Of a DNA stretch of 64,000 bases, positions 19,184-26,974 are shown piece by piece. This DNA comes from a virus. Within the stretch, counting starts at the first letter, position 1. Each line of letters starts with the position of its first letter. The translations under genes and the position numbers were made by a program. A model generated the notes under the pieces. The model worked only from the letters and a program-made list of their open reading frames with translations, was not told the origin of the DNA and made no database searches. Where the stretch lies: positions 3,173-67,172 of IMG/VR virus record IMGVR_UViG_3300040770_000181. One strand, written 5' to 3'.

Positions 19184-20200
19184 TTAATAATTAATGTTAT
19201 ATTTTGTTTGTAATTCTTTTAATTTATTTGCATAATAAGAAGTGCAATATTTTTTTGATTCTTCACTATTTATAACAATATCTATCTGAGTGTCTAACAT
19301 TGGATTTAGACCAGTATGATATTTTCCTTTATAAAAAGCAGGATAACCATTTCCCATTTCAGAAACAATCCCTGCATTGTGAAATATAGTGTTTGTTTTT
19401 AATTTTTCAATAGAATCTGAGGCCCATGCAAAGTTTAATTCAGGTACCACTTTAGTTTCTTGATTTCTTAACCAAAGATTCCAAAGAACAGCCCACATAT
19501 CTGCACACCAGGATTGAAAACCACTATTTTCATCTGCAAAGAATTCTCTATTTACTTGACCAAGATATGTTCTGATTAGAATACAATCATTCATAACCTT
19601 ACTCCAGTAATATGAATCTACATTCTTTAAGAGATATTGAGCACCTCCAGAATGTAAATTATTGTTTTCAGCTATCTTTCTATCGATTCCGATAATTGCA
19701 CATAGCTCGCCCAGTATATCTCTACTTTTATATTCTTCAAGCTTATCTGGTAACACCTGGTTAACTTTACTGTCAAAATAGTCTGCATTTATATAACTGT
19801 TAGTATCTGAAAGATAATGTACATCATCTTCAAGAAATTTATCAATATTAAAATCTTTCATAAAAAGAATATCAGAGTCACAATAAAAAATTGCTTTGTT
19901 ACTCATCTCAGGACGTTCTTTAAAATACTTCCAAGCAGTGTAAGGTCTTAATACAGGTATATAAATACCTAATAAAGAATTTACATCATCCTCATCAGTA
20001 TAAAAGTTAAATTCCGCCTCAGGATATAAACTAATAATTTGATCCCATTTAGTATTTTGAGTTCTACCTTTAGGAACAAACAAAAGCACAATAGCTTTAT
20101 CTGAGTGTCCTAAGTCTCTTAAGCTGTCAAGCCAAAGATGCACTTGCCAAGTGTAATACGTATCATCTGGGCAAATTGTTAGAAATTTTAAATCTTTCAT
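19184..20200 (-). CDS. GT-A glycosyltransferase resembling peptidyl-serine alpha-galactosyltransferase / Hyp O-arabinosyltransferase (GT96/GT95-like)
   Basis: YYTWQ, YIPVLRP, CDSDIL (DxD), HSGG, WCADMW, IFHNAG in the same order as the plant SGT1/HPAT motifs. Start moved to Met 20200 because the promoter element covers the 20227 start. Confidence 0.65.
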   Translation of the reverse strand: MKDLKFLTICPDDTYYTWQVHLWLDSLRDLGHSDKAIVLLFVPKGRTQNTKWDQIISLYPEAEFNFYTDEDDVNSLLGIYIPVLRPYTAWKYFKERPEMSNKAIFYCDSDILFMKDFNIDKFLEDDVHYLSDTNSYINADYFDSKVNQVLPDKLEEYKSRDILGELCAIIGIDRKIAENNNLHSGGAQYLLKNVDSYYWSKVMNDCILIRTYLGQVNREFFADENSGFQSWCADMWAVLWNLWLRNQETKVVPELNFAWASDSIEKLKTNTIFHNAGIVSEMGNGYPAFYKGKYHTGLNPMLDTQIDIVINSEESKKYCTSYYANKLKELQTKYNINY

Positions 20201-20224
20201 ATATGTAATTATTGGTTTAATGTA

Positions 20225-20232
20225 CAAATATA
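20225..20232 (-). promoter_or_regulatory. Bacteroidota -7 promoter element TATATTTG upstream of the GT96-like gene
   Basis: Exact TAnnTTTG 24 nt upstream of Met 20200; -33 element not clear. Confidence 0.55.
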
Positions 20233-20247
20233 ATAAAATTATTTAAA

Positions 20248-20388
20248 TTATACTACTGTTGTAGTGGTAGTTGTGGTTGCAACTGATTTTTTAGTAGCAG
20301 CATTTATTTTTATTAATCTGTCTAATTGCTTAGATATTTGATATAATAATTTAGCTTCTGTGCTCATTCCTGCTTGTTTTGAATTCAT
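20248..20388 (-). CDS. 46-aa protein with C-terminal poly-Thr tail (MNSKQAGMSTEAKLLYQISKQLDRLIKINAATKKSVATTTTTTTVV)
   Basis: Manually translated; absent from the ORF track; fills the gap between lysozyme and GT; mixed Thr codons. Confidence 0.7.
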   Translation of the reverse strand: MNSKQAGMSTEAKLLYQISKQLDRLIKINAATKKSVATTTTTTTVV

Positions 20389-20406
20389 TACGTTTAGTTT
20401 AAATTG

Positions 20407-20904
20407 TTATATTTTTGTAAAGTATAAATTACTTTCTGCTTTTCTTCTTCTGATAAGTCCTCTTAATTGAACACCGTCTGCTGTTATGTATTTAGTTTCT
20501 ATCCATTTTCTAATAGAAGCTTCAGAAGCTCTGTTGTTTATTAATTTATACAATGTAGAAGACCCACCTGTATTATAAACATAAGAAACCAAAGCATCAA
20601 ATTGATTTTGATTTAAAGGAACTTTTATTTTTTGCATAACAATATGCTCTCTAGGATCTAAATCTTGTAACATTAATTTAGTAGCTTCTGCTTTAGTTTT
20701 AACTTTTGCTGATTTATATGCCAAAGCTTTATTAGCAATTCCTTTTAAAAAATTACCTTTAGAATCACGCATAGCATGACCATATCCTTCAGTCCATATA
20801 CCAATTGGATCCATTTTTGGTTGTAAACCAATCATAGTTAAATCTCCATCATGTAAAGACTCAAATTCTTGAATTAATTGTATTCCTACATTACTCGTTT
20901 TCAT
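20407..20904 (-). CDS. Endolysin, GH24 phage lysozyme
   Basis: Catalytic E...D...T (EFE...DPIGIWTEGYGH), LNQNQFDALVS, GLIRRRKAE. Confidence 0.9.
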   Translation of the reverse strand: MKTSNVGIQLIQEFESLHDGDLTMIGLQPKMDPIGIWTEGYGHAMRDSKGNFLKGIANKALAYKSAKVKTKAEATKLMLQDLDPREHIVMQKIKVPLNQNQFDALVSYVYNTGGSSTLYKLINNRASEASIRKWIETKYITADGVQLRGLIRRRKAESNLYFTKI

Positions 20905-21151
20905 CGTTTTGTTTTTTTGCTAAAGAATTAGAATAAGTTGTTAATGATAATAAAGCAGCAATAAGCCCTGCTTCAATGCCTAAAAGCATTGCTGCATCTG
21001 CATAAGACTTGCCTAACTCCCATGTAAATATAGAATGATTTAGGTTTCTAACAAAGTCTAATGCAAAAACAAGAGCCAAAACTCTTCTAATTGAAATTTT
21101 ACTATTTGTCCCTAACCACAATGGTTCTATATATTTAAAAATTCTTTTCAT
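20891..21151 (-). CDS. Putative holin
   Basis: 86 aa, two hydrophobic segments, adjacent to endolysin. Confidence 0.55.
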   Translation of the reverse strand: MKRIFKYIEPLWLGTNSKISIRRVLALVFALDFVRNLNHSIFTWELGKSYADAAMLLGIEAGLIAALLSLTTYSNSLAKKQNDENE

Positions 21152-21777
21152 TTATGTAATTTTATTTTCCAGTATAAGTTTACACCTACATGAAAGTTTT
21201 TTTGTGTATCTATTCCTCCATATAAACCAATTATTTGATCTTTTTTGTCTTTAAACATAAAGCCTGCGTTTAATTGTACAGTATTTGGTACAGGACTAAC
21301 TTCAACTCCTCCACCATAATACACTTGATTAACAGGTTTAGAAAGTTTTGTAATAGTAGTAGTTATAGTTGGGTATTTTAATGAATAAGATGTTTTTCTT
21401 CCAACAATAAGGTTTTCACTAACTGTATCAATTATATTTACATATCCAATGTCATCAATTTTAATTGAGTCTTTATGTATATTTTGTTCAGTGTACTTAT
21501 CAACTAAACCATTATATTGTTTAACCAGCCTATTATAATTTGGATCTGCAACATATTTAATTTTAATTTCAGGTTTACCAACAATAGTTTTAATTAATTT
21601 TGGTTTAGTTACAATTGTATCAGTGACTTTTTTCCATATAGTATCCGTCTTTACAATAATTTCAGGAGAAGTTATTGCATCTCTTTCACATTTTTGTAAA
21701 ACAATAACAATTACTAGTATTGCAATTAATGCAACTAGTAAATTATCTTTAAACCAAGTTAAAATTTTAGACACCAT
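21148..21777 (-). CDS. Putative spanin-like membrane protein
   Basis: N-terminal TM ending in LQKC; C-terminal amphipathic beta-strands; lies in the lysis cassette. Confidence 0.45.
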   Translation of the reverse strand: MVSKILTWFKDNLLVALIAILVIVIVLQKCERDAITSPEIIVKTDTIWKKVTDTIVTKPKLIKTIVGKPEIKIKYVADPNYNRLVKQYNGLVDKYTEQNIHKDSIKIDDIGYVNIIDTVSENLIVGRKTSYSLKYPTITTTITKLSKPVNQVYYGGGVEVSPVPNTVQLNAGFMFKDKKDQIIGLYGGIDTQKNFHVGVNLYWKIKLHK

Positions 21778-22099
21778 TAGCTTTATTTATTGATATGTAA
21801 ATATTAGCTATGTATTGAATTAAAACTCCCATAGCAATTAAAACACTTATTGTCCAAATAATTCTGTTTTTAAATGTTTCTTGGTCTATTAATTTTTTTT
21901 CAAGTTCTTTTACTTTTGCTTGCAATGATCTAATATCATTTACAACACCTCCATCTTTTGTTAATGCATTTCCTAAAATAGCATCTACAACTTGGGAGAT
22001 CTTTGTGTCGATGGAAGTCACTTTTCCTTCCAGCTCTTCAAGACGCTGATCCATACTTTTTAATTCTTTTTCTATTTGTTTTTCGAAAGTTTCTGGCAT
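21767..22099 (-). CDS. Coiled-coil protein with C-terminal TM helix (holin/XhlA-like)
   Basis: Heptad repeats then IIWTISVLIAMGVLIQYIA; first gene of the lysis cassette. Confidence 0.5.
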   Translation of the reverse strand: MPETFEKQIEKELKSMDQRLEELEGKVTSIDTKISQVVDAILGNALTKDGGVVNDIRSLQAKVKELEKKLIDQETFKNRIIWTISVLIAMGVLIQYIANIYISINKANGV

Positions 22100-22168
22100 A
22101 TTATTAAAATATTAATCACGCTCTTTCTTGGGCATGGCATAGTGTTTTTGATTAGGTTAAGTTAATAG

Positions 22169-22199
22169 CAAAAGTAAGGCTAAAATACTATAGATACAA
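22169..22199 (-). promoter_or_regulatory. Bacteroidota sigma-A-type promoter TTG-N20-TACTTTTG driving the lysis cassette
   Basis: -7 at 22169-22176 and -33 TTG at 22197-22199 on the minus strand. Confidence 0.75.
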
Positions 22200-22251
22200 C
22201 ACAAGCAATAACTTAAAGTACATAATATAGCATTACACAAAATTATTTTTA

Positions 22252-22259
22252 TATATTTG
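22252..22259 (+). promoter_or_regulatory. -7 element TATATTTG for the multidomain glycosyltransferase gene
   Basis: Exact TAnnTTTG 24 nt before ATG 22284; divergent from the lysis promoter. Confidence 0.65.
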
Positions 22260-22283
22260 TAGTATAATTCAAAATAATTCATT

Positions 22284-25200
22284 ATGCCAACAAGCTATAC
22301 TGTTTTTAAAGAAGAAATTAAAGATTATTTCTTAAAAAATGTGCCAAATTCTAAAAGAATTTTGGATGTAGGACCAGGGGAAGGAACATATTCTACCCTC
22401 CTAAATAATATGGGGTATCAAATAGATGCTATAGAAATATGGAGACCATATATTGAAAAATATTCACTTAGAGAAAAATATGATAATGTATATTTAGGAG
22501 ATATATTAGAATTTAATGTAGAAAACTATGATTTTATTATATTAGGAGATGTTCTTGAACACATTCCTGTTAAATTAGCTCAAGAACTTATAAACAAATT
22601 TCAAAGAAAAGGTATAGAATATATGGTAGCAGTTCCTTATATGATGGAACAAGGAGAATGGGGTGGTAATATACATGAAACTCATTATCAGCCAGATCTT
22701 ACACCAGAAAATATGTTAGAAAGATACCCATCTTTAGAATTACTTTATTCTAATGAATGGTATGGTTATTATATTTCTAAGAATATAAAAGTAGAAAAAG
22801 CATATGTATTATATGCAAATGCAGCTTATTTTAAAACTGTACAAGGATGTGTAGCTTCTATAAAAGCTGTAAGTGATTTACCAATATTTGTTTATTTAAT
22901 GAATTTTAATGCAAAAATTGAAGGAGCTAAAACTGTTTATTGGAATTGTGATATTAAGGAAAATATTCAATCTGATTATATTGATAGGTCTGATCCTAAT
23001 ATTTATAATATTCTTATACAAAGACCTGAAATTGTTAAACATTGTTTGCTTAATTACGCAGATACAGTGGCATACATTGATTCAGATTCTGTTGCTACAC
23101 ACAATGTAGATAAAATCTTTTCTTTAGCTCCTAAGCAAGCTGTACACCCTTATTTTGTAGAAGGAATGTATGATTGGTTACAATATAATGGTAAAGGAGG
23201 AGTAGAAGATGAAACTGAATATCATAAAAGCCTTGAATACCCTGCATGTGAATTATTTAATGTTAATCAATTTGTTAGAAAAAAATATAGACAAACAGGT
23301 TATTTTGTAGCATCTAAATGGAATATTAAATTTCTTAATGAATGGATATGGATGTGTAATCACCCTGAAGTTAAGCAAAATCCACAATTATATGCTCCTT
23401 ATAATGAAGAAACTCTTCTTAATGTTTTGTTGTGGAAACATAATATACAAGTGGGACTTCCTTATTTATATGTTAATGGTAATCTTGAAACAATTAAAAA
23501 CATAAATAATAATGAATCTATTGAAGAAAAAGATTGGTTTAGATTAGTTAAAAAAGAAGATATATTATTTTTTCATGGAGAAAAATCATATTCTAAAATG
23601 ATAGAAATGACAGAAGAAATTGGTAAACATGAAACTAAATTAACAATTTTATTTTTAGCTCCCCATTTATCTACAGGAGGTATGCCTGCTTTTTTATTAG
23701 AAAGAATAAAAGGACTATTAAATTTAGGACATGAAATATTTGTTATAGAATATCAAAACTATAGTATGGATTTTGTTGTTCAACGTAATGCCATTATAGA
23801 ATTAATTGGTAAATCAAGTTTTTATACTTTATCTGAAAATAAAAAAGAATTATTAAACATTATTAATGATATTAATCCAGATATAGTTCATATTGATGAA
23901 ATGTCTGAAAGATTAGATAATTCTGTTATAAAAGAACTGTATGATTCTAATAGATCTTATAGAATTATAGAAACATGTCATGATATTTCTTTTAATCCAG
24001 AAACTAAACACTTTACACCAGACGCCTATGCTTTTTGCACTCCTTATCATTTGGATACTTTTAAAGATAATCAAGGGGAAAAATCAGTAATTGAATTTCC
24101 CATAAATCCCACTGTGTTCTTTCAAGCAGGAGCACAAGCAGTATTAGGAATGGACCCTAAGAAAAAACACATAGTTAATATTGGTTTGTGGACTTCAGGT
24201 AAAAATCAAAAAGAAATGTTGCTTGTAGCAAAAAATATGCCTGAACATGAATTTCATTTTGTAGGTAATCAAGCTGGTAATTTTGAATCTTATTGGAAAC
24301 CTTTAATGGAGACCCTCCCCCCCAATGTTACTGTATGGGGAGAAAGATCAGATGCACATACGTTTATGGAAGCAGCTGATATTTTTATGTTCAATTCTAC
24401 TTGGGAATGTAATCCTCTTGTATTAAGAGAAGCTATAGGATATGGTAAATCTATTATTGCTAGAAATCTCCCTCAATACAAAAACATGTTTATTTCGTAT
24501 ATAGAAGATTTATCTGATGTACATTTAAAAGAACAAGTGAAATATTTAATTAAAAACCCTGCTAGATATTGGGTTCCAACTAATAACACTTCTATTCACT
24601 TTGCAGAAAATCATGTAAATCTATACAAAAAAATTATGAAACAAAAACCACAACAACAGATAAACACTTCTTATCAAATACACCAACATTTTGTTGGACA
24701 GCCTTTTATTGAAATAACAGGAGATTCTAAATCACTTTTTACAGTGGAATTTTGGGATAAAGAGGAATTAATACATGCAGCAAAAATAACTGTCAATAGT
24801 TGGGTAAAAGTTAATAGAGAGTATTACACAGATTGGATTACCAGAATTTATAAAGATGATGTCTTAGTATATGATAAACCATTAGACTATACTGGTAAAA
24901 GAGTTTATATATCATTTGATAGTTCTTCTTTAGGAGATACTATAGCTTGGTTCCCTTATGTAGAAGAATTTAGAAAAAAACATAATTGTACTGTTATAGT
25001 TTCTACGTATAAAAATTTCCTTTTTAAAGAATCTTATCCAGAGCTTGAATTTGTTGAACCAGGAACAGTAGTAAACAATATATTTGGTATGTATAAACTT
25101 GGGTGGTTCTATGATGATAATAAGGAACCAGTTCTTCCTAATACAATTCCTTTACAACAAACAGCCACTAACATATTAGGTTTAGAATATACTGAAATTA

Positions 25201-25718
25201 GACCAAAAATCAGTTTTAAAAAAACTATATCAGGTCCTCAAAGTTATGTAGCTATAGCAACTAACTCTACAGCTGGTTGTAAATTTTGGACAAAAGAAAA
25301 TTGGCAAGCAGTTATAAATTATCTTGTTAACTGTGGATATAACGTAATTAACACTTCTTTAGAAGATAATTCTTTTACTAACTGTGCAACTCTTACAGAT
25401 AAATCAATAGAAGGAACTATGTCATGTATTTCTAATAGTGAATTCTTTATAGGATTGTCATCAGGGTTATCATGGTTAGCATGGACATTAAATAAAGAAG
25501 TTATAATGATTTCTAACTTTACTGAGGAAAATCATGAATTTAAATGTCATAGACCTATAGTAAAAAGTGTTTGTCATGGATGTTGGAATAATAAAAATTT
25601 CAAATTTGATAAAGGAGATTGGAATTGGTGTCCTATTAACAAAGGCACTGACAAACAGTTTGAATGTCAATCCTCTATCACTCCTCAAATGATAATAGAA
25701 ATAATTGATTCTTTATAA
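22284..25718 (+). CDS. Four-domain enzyme: class I SAM methyltransferase + GT-A fold GT + GT4 + TibC/Aah-like autotransporter heptosyltransferase (GT9-like)
   Basis: LDVGPGEG; YIDSDS; LFLAPHLSTGG...NSTWECNPLVLREA; SSLGDTIAW...GLSSGLSWLAW...CHGC-x15-C-x11-C. Confidence 0.85.
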   Translation: MPTSYTVFKEEIKDYFLKNVPNSKRILDVGPGEGTYSTLLNNMGYQIDAIEIWRPYIEKYSLREKYDNVYLGDILEFNVENYDFIILGDVLEHIPVKLAQELINKFQRKGIEYMVAVPYMMEQGEWGGNIHETHYQPDLTPENMLERYPSLELLYSNEWYGYYISKNIKVEKAYVLYANAAYFKTVQGCVASIKAVSDLPIFVYLMNFNAKIEGAKTVYWNCDIKENIQSDYIDRSDPNIYNILIQRPEIVKHCLLNYADTVAYIDSDSVATHNVDKIFSLAPKQAVHPYFVEGMYDWLQYNGKGGVEDETEYHKSLEYPACELFNVNQFVRKKYRQTGYFVASKWNIKFLNEWIWMCNHPEVKQNPQLYAPYNEETLLNVLLWKHNIQVGLPYLYVNGNLETIKNINNNESIEEKDWFRLVKKEDILFFHGEKSYSKMIEMTEEIGKHETKLTILFLAPHLSTGGMPAFLLERIKGLLNLGHEIFVIEYQNYSMDFVVQRNAIIELIGKSSFYTLSENKKELLNIINDINPDIVHIDEMSERLDNSVIKELYDSNRSYRIIETCHDISFNPETKHFTPDAYAFCTPYHLDTFKDNQGEKSVIEFPINPTVFFQAGAQAVLGMDPKKKHIVNIGLWTSGKNQKEMLLVAKNMPEHEFHFVGNQAGNFESYWKPLMETLPPNVTVWGERSDAHTFMEAADIFMFNSTWECNPLVLREAIGYGKSIIARNLPQYKNMFISYIEDLSDVHLKEQVKYLIKNPARYWVPTNNTSIHFAENHVNLYKKIMKQKPQQQINTSYQIHQHFVGQPFIEITGDSKSLFTVEFWDKEELIHAAKITVNSWVKVNREYYTDWITRIYKDDVLVYDKPLDYTGKRVYISFDSSSLGDTIAWFPYVEEFRKKHNCTVIVSTYKNFLFKESYPELEFVEPGTVVNNIFGMYKLGWFYDDNKEPVLPNTIPLQQTATNILGLEYTEIRPKISFKKTISGPQSYVAIATNSTAGCKFWTKENWQAVINYLVNCGYNVINTSLEDNSFTNCATLTDKSIEGTMSCISNSEFFIGLSSGLSWLAWTLNKEVIMISNFTEENHEFKCHRPIVKSVCHGCWNNKNFKFDKGDWNWCPINKGTDKQFECQSSITPQMIIEIIDSL

Positions 25719-25745
25719 AAAAAGCCCCTTAATTGGGGCTTTTTT
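25717..25745. terminator. Bidirectional Rho-independent terminator
   Basis: AAAAAAAGCCCC-TTAATT-GGGGCTTTTTT between convergent genes. Confidence 0.9.
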
Positions 25746-25749
25746 ATGA

Positions 25750-26970
25750 TTAATAATCAGATTCAATATACATTCTATTTACACCAACAGAAGCTGCAGT
25801 GGCACCAGCATTAGTTGCACCAGGCCCTATTGCACAAGTTGGTATAAGAAGAGCTGTTGTAGTTGGTAAATCTAAAGTTATAGAACTATCTATTAATGTC
25901 ACATTTGATGAAAGATCATCTATTCTATAATAAACAACTGAATCATTTGGTTTACAATAAATAAAGAAATCATAAACATTGTTAGTTGCTAATGCTGGTT
26001 GAACAGCAATAGTTTCTTTTATAGCAACCCCCACTCCATCATTGTGCATAAAAGAAATAGCAGTATCTGCTGTATCAACAGCAAATCCCAACATATTAAA
26101 TTTAGTAGAAGGATCTGCAGTTAATAATGCTGTTGTATCTACACACATTCCTACAAATAATCTATTAGTAGGTGTCCATGTATTAAATCCAGCTCTACAA
26201 AAAAAGAAAAACCCTCCTGAAGTAGGAATTGCTCCTCTGTAAAAGATTGGTTCTCCTCTTAAACTGTTCATAGTATTAACACCTGTTGCAGCAGTAAATG
26301 TATTTTTTCTTAAAGAAGTGTATCTATTTGTTGTAGATGGTAATACAGAAACTCCTGCAACTATAGCAGTTACAAGGGAACCTATCATATATCCTGAAGT
26401 TGCTCCTGGGTTCCACATTACAACGTTATTTTTAAACAAAGCAGCTTGAAAAGGAGTGTCAGCTCCAGTGGGACCTTTCCATTTAGGAAGCATTCTTCCA
26501 GCAACATTTTTTGAATAAATTCTAACACCATTAACAGAAGGAGCAGCAGGATCTGCAATACCATCAAAATCTTGATATTTAGAAATATTTAAAGTTTCTA
26601 AAACTGAAGATAATATAGTTCCAAGACTCCACCCTATTCCAGACTCATAAAACATTGTTGCTCCTGGAATTAATAAAACTTCTCCTGTTCCTAAATATTC
26701 TATTCCAGAAACATCTTTAAGAACAGAAATAAGATTTGAAGTTGTTAAATTTTTGTTTCTAATAAAAATAGATTTAAGTTGTCTAGATATCCCTGTAGCA
26801 GGAGCAGGACAAATTATAGTAGTACCTATTGTTGTTATTTTTCCTTGTGCTGACCCTGGAACTGCTGAAACAAAAGGATCAATATCTACGTAATTTACTT
26901 GATAGTCTATATCAGCAATGGAAGTTGTTTTAATTCTAAAACTTTCGTTATTATTTTGTAAAAATATCAT
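25750..26970 (-). CDS. Putative tail/fibre-associated structural protein
   Basis: C-terminal half is paralogous to the C-terminus of the 30823 fibre (VRIYSKNVAGRMLPKW vs [16 protein letters not shown]). Confidence 0.6.
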   Translation of the reverse strand: MIFLQNNNESFRIKTTSIADIDYQVNYVDIDPFVSAVPGSAQGKITTIGTTIICPAPATGISRQLKSIFIRNKNLTTSNLISVLKDVSGIEYLGTGEVLLIPGATMFYESGIGWSLGTILSSVLETLNISKYQDFDGIADPAAPSVNGVRIYSKNVAGRMLPKWKGPTGADTPFQAALFKNNVVMWNPGATSGYMIGSLVTAIVAGVSVLPSTTNRYTSLRKNTFTAATGVNTMNSLRGEPIFYRGAIPTSGGFFFFCRAGFNTWTPTNRLFVGMCVDTTALLTADPSTKFNMLGFAVDTADTAISFMHNDGVGVAIKETIAVQPALATNNVYDFFIYCKPNDSVVYYRIDDLSSNVTLIDSSITLDLPTTTALLIPTCAIGPGATNAGATAASVGVNRMYIESDY

Positions 26971-26974
26971 ATTA

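Noticed and set aside
20201-20227. Upstream start (MYIKPIITY) of the GT96-like gene
   Set aside because: The start codon lies inside the TATATTTG promoter element, so it is unlikely to be transcribed; Met 20200 is preferred.
22100-22140. Short upstream ORFs (e.g. MPKKERD) in the lysis-cassette leader
   Set aside because: Too short to distinguish from chance; no conservation evidence available.
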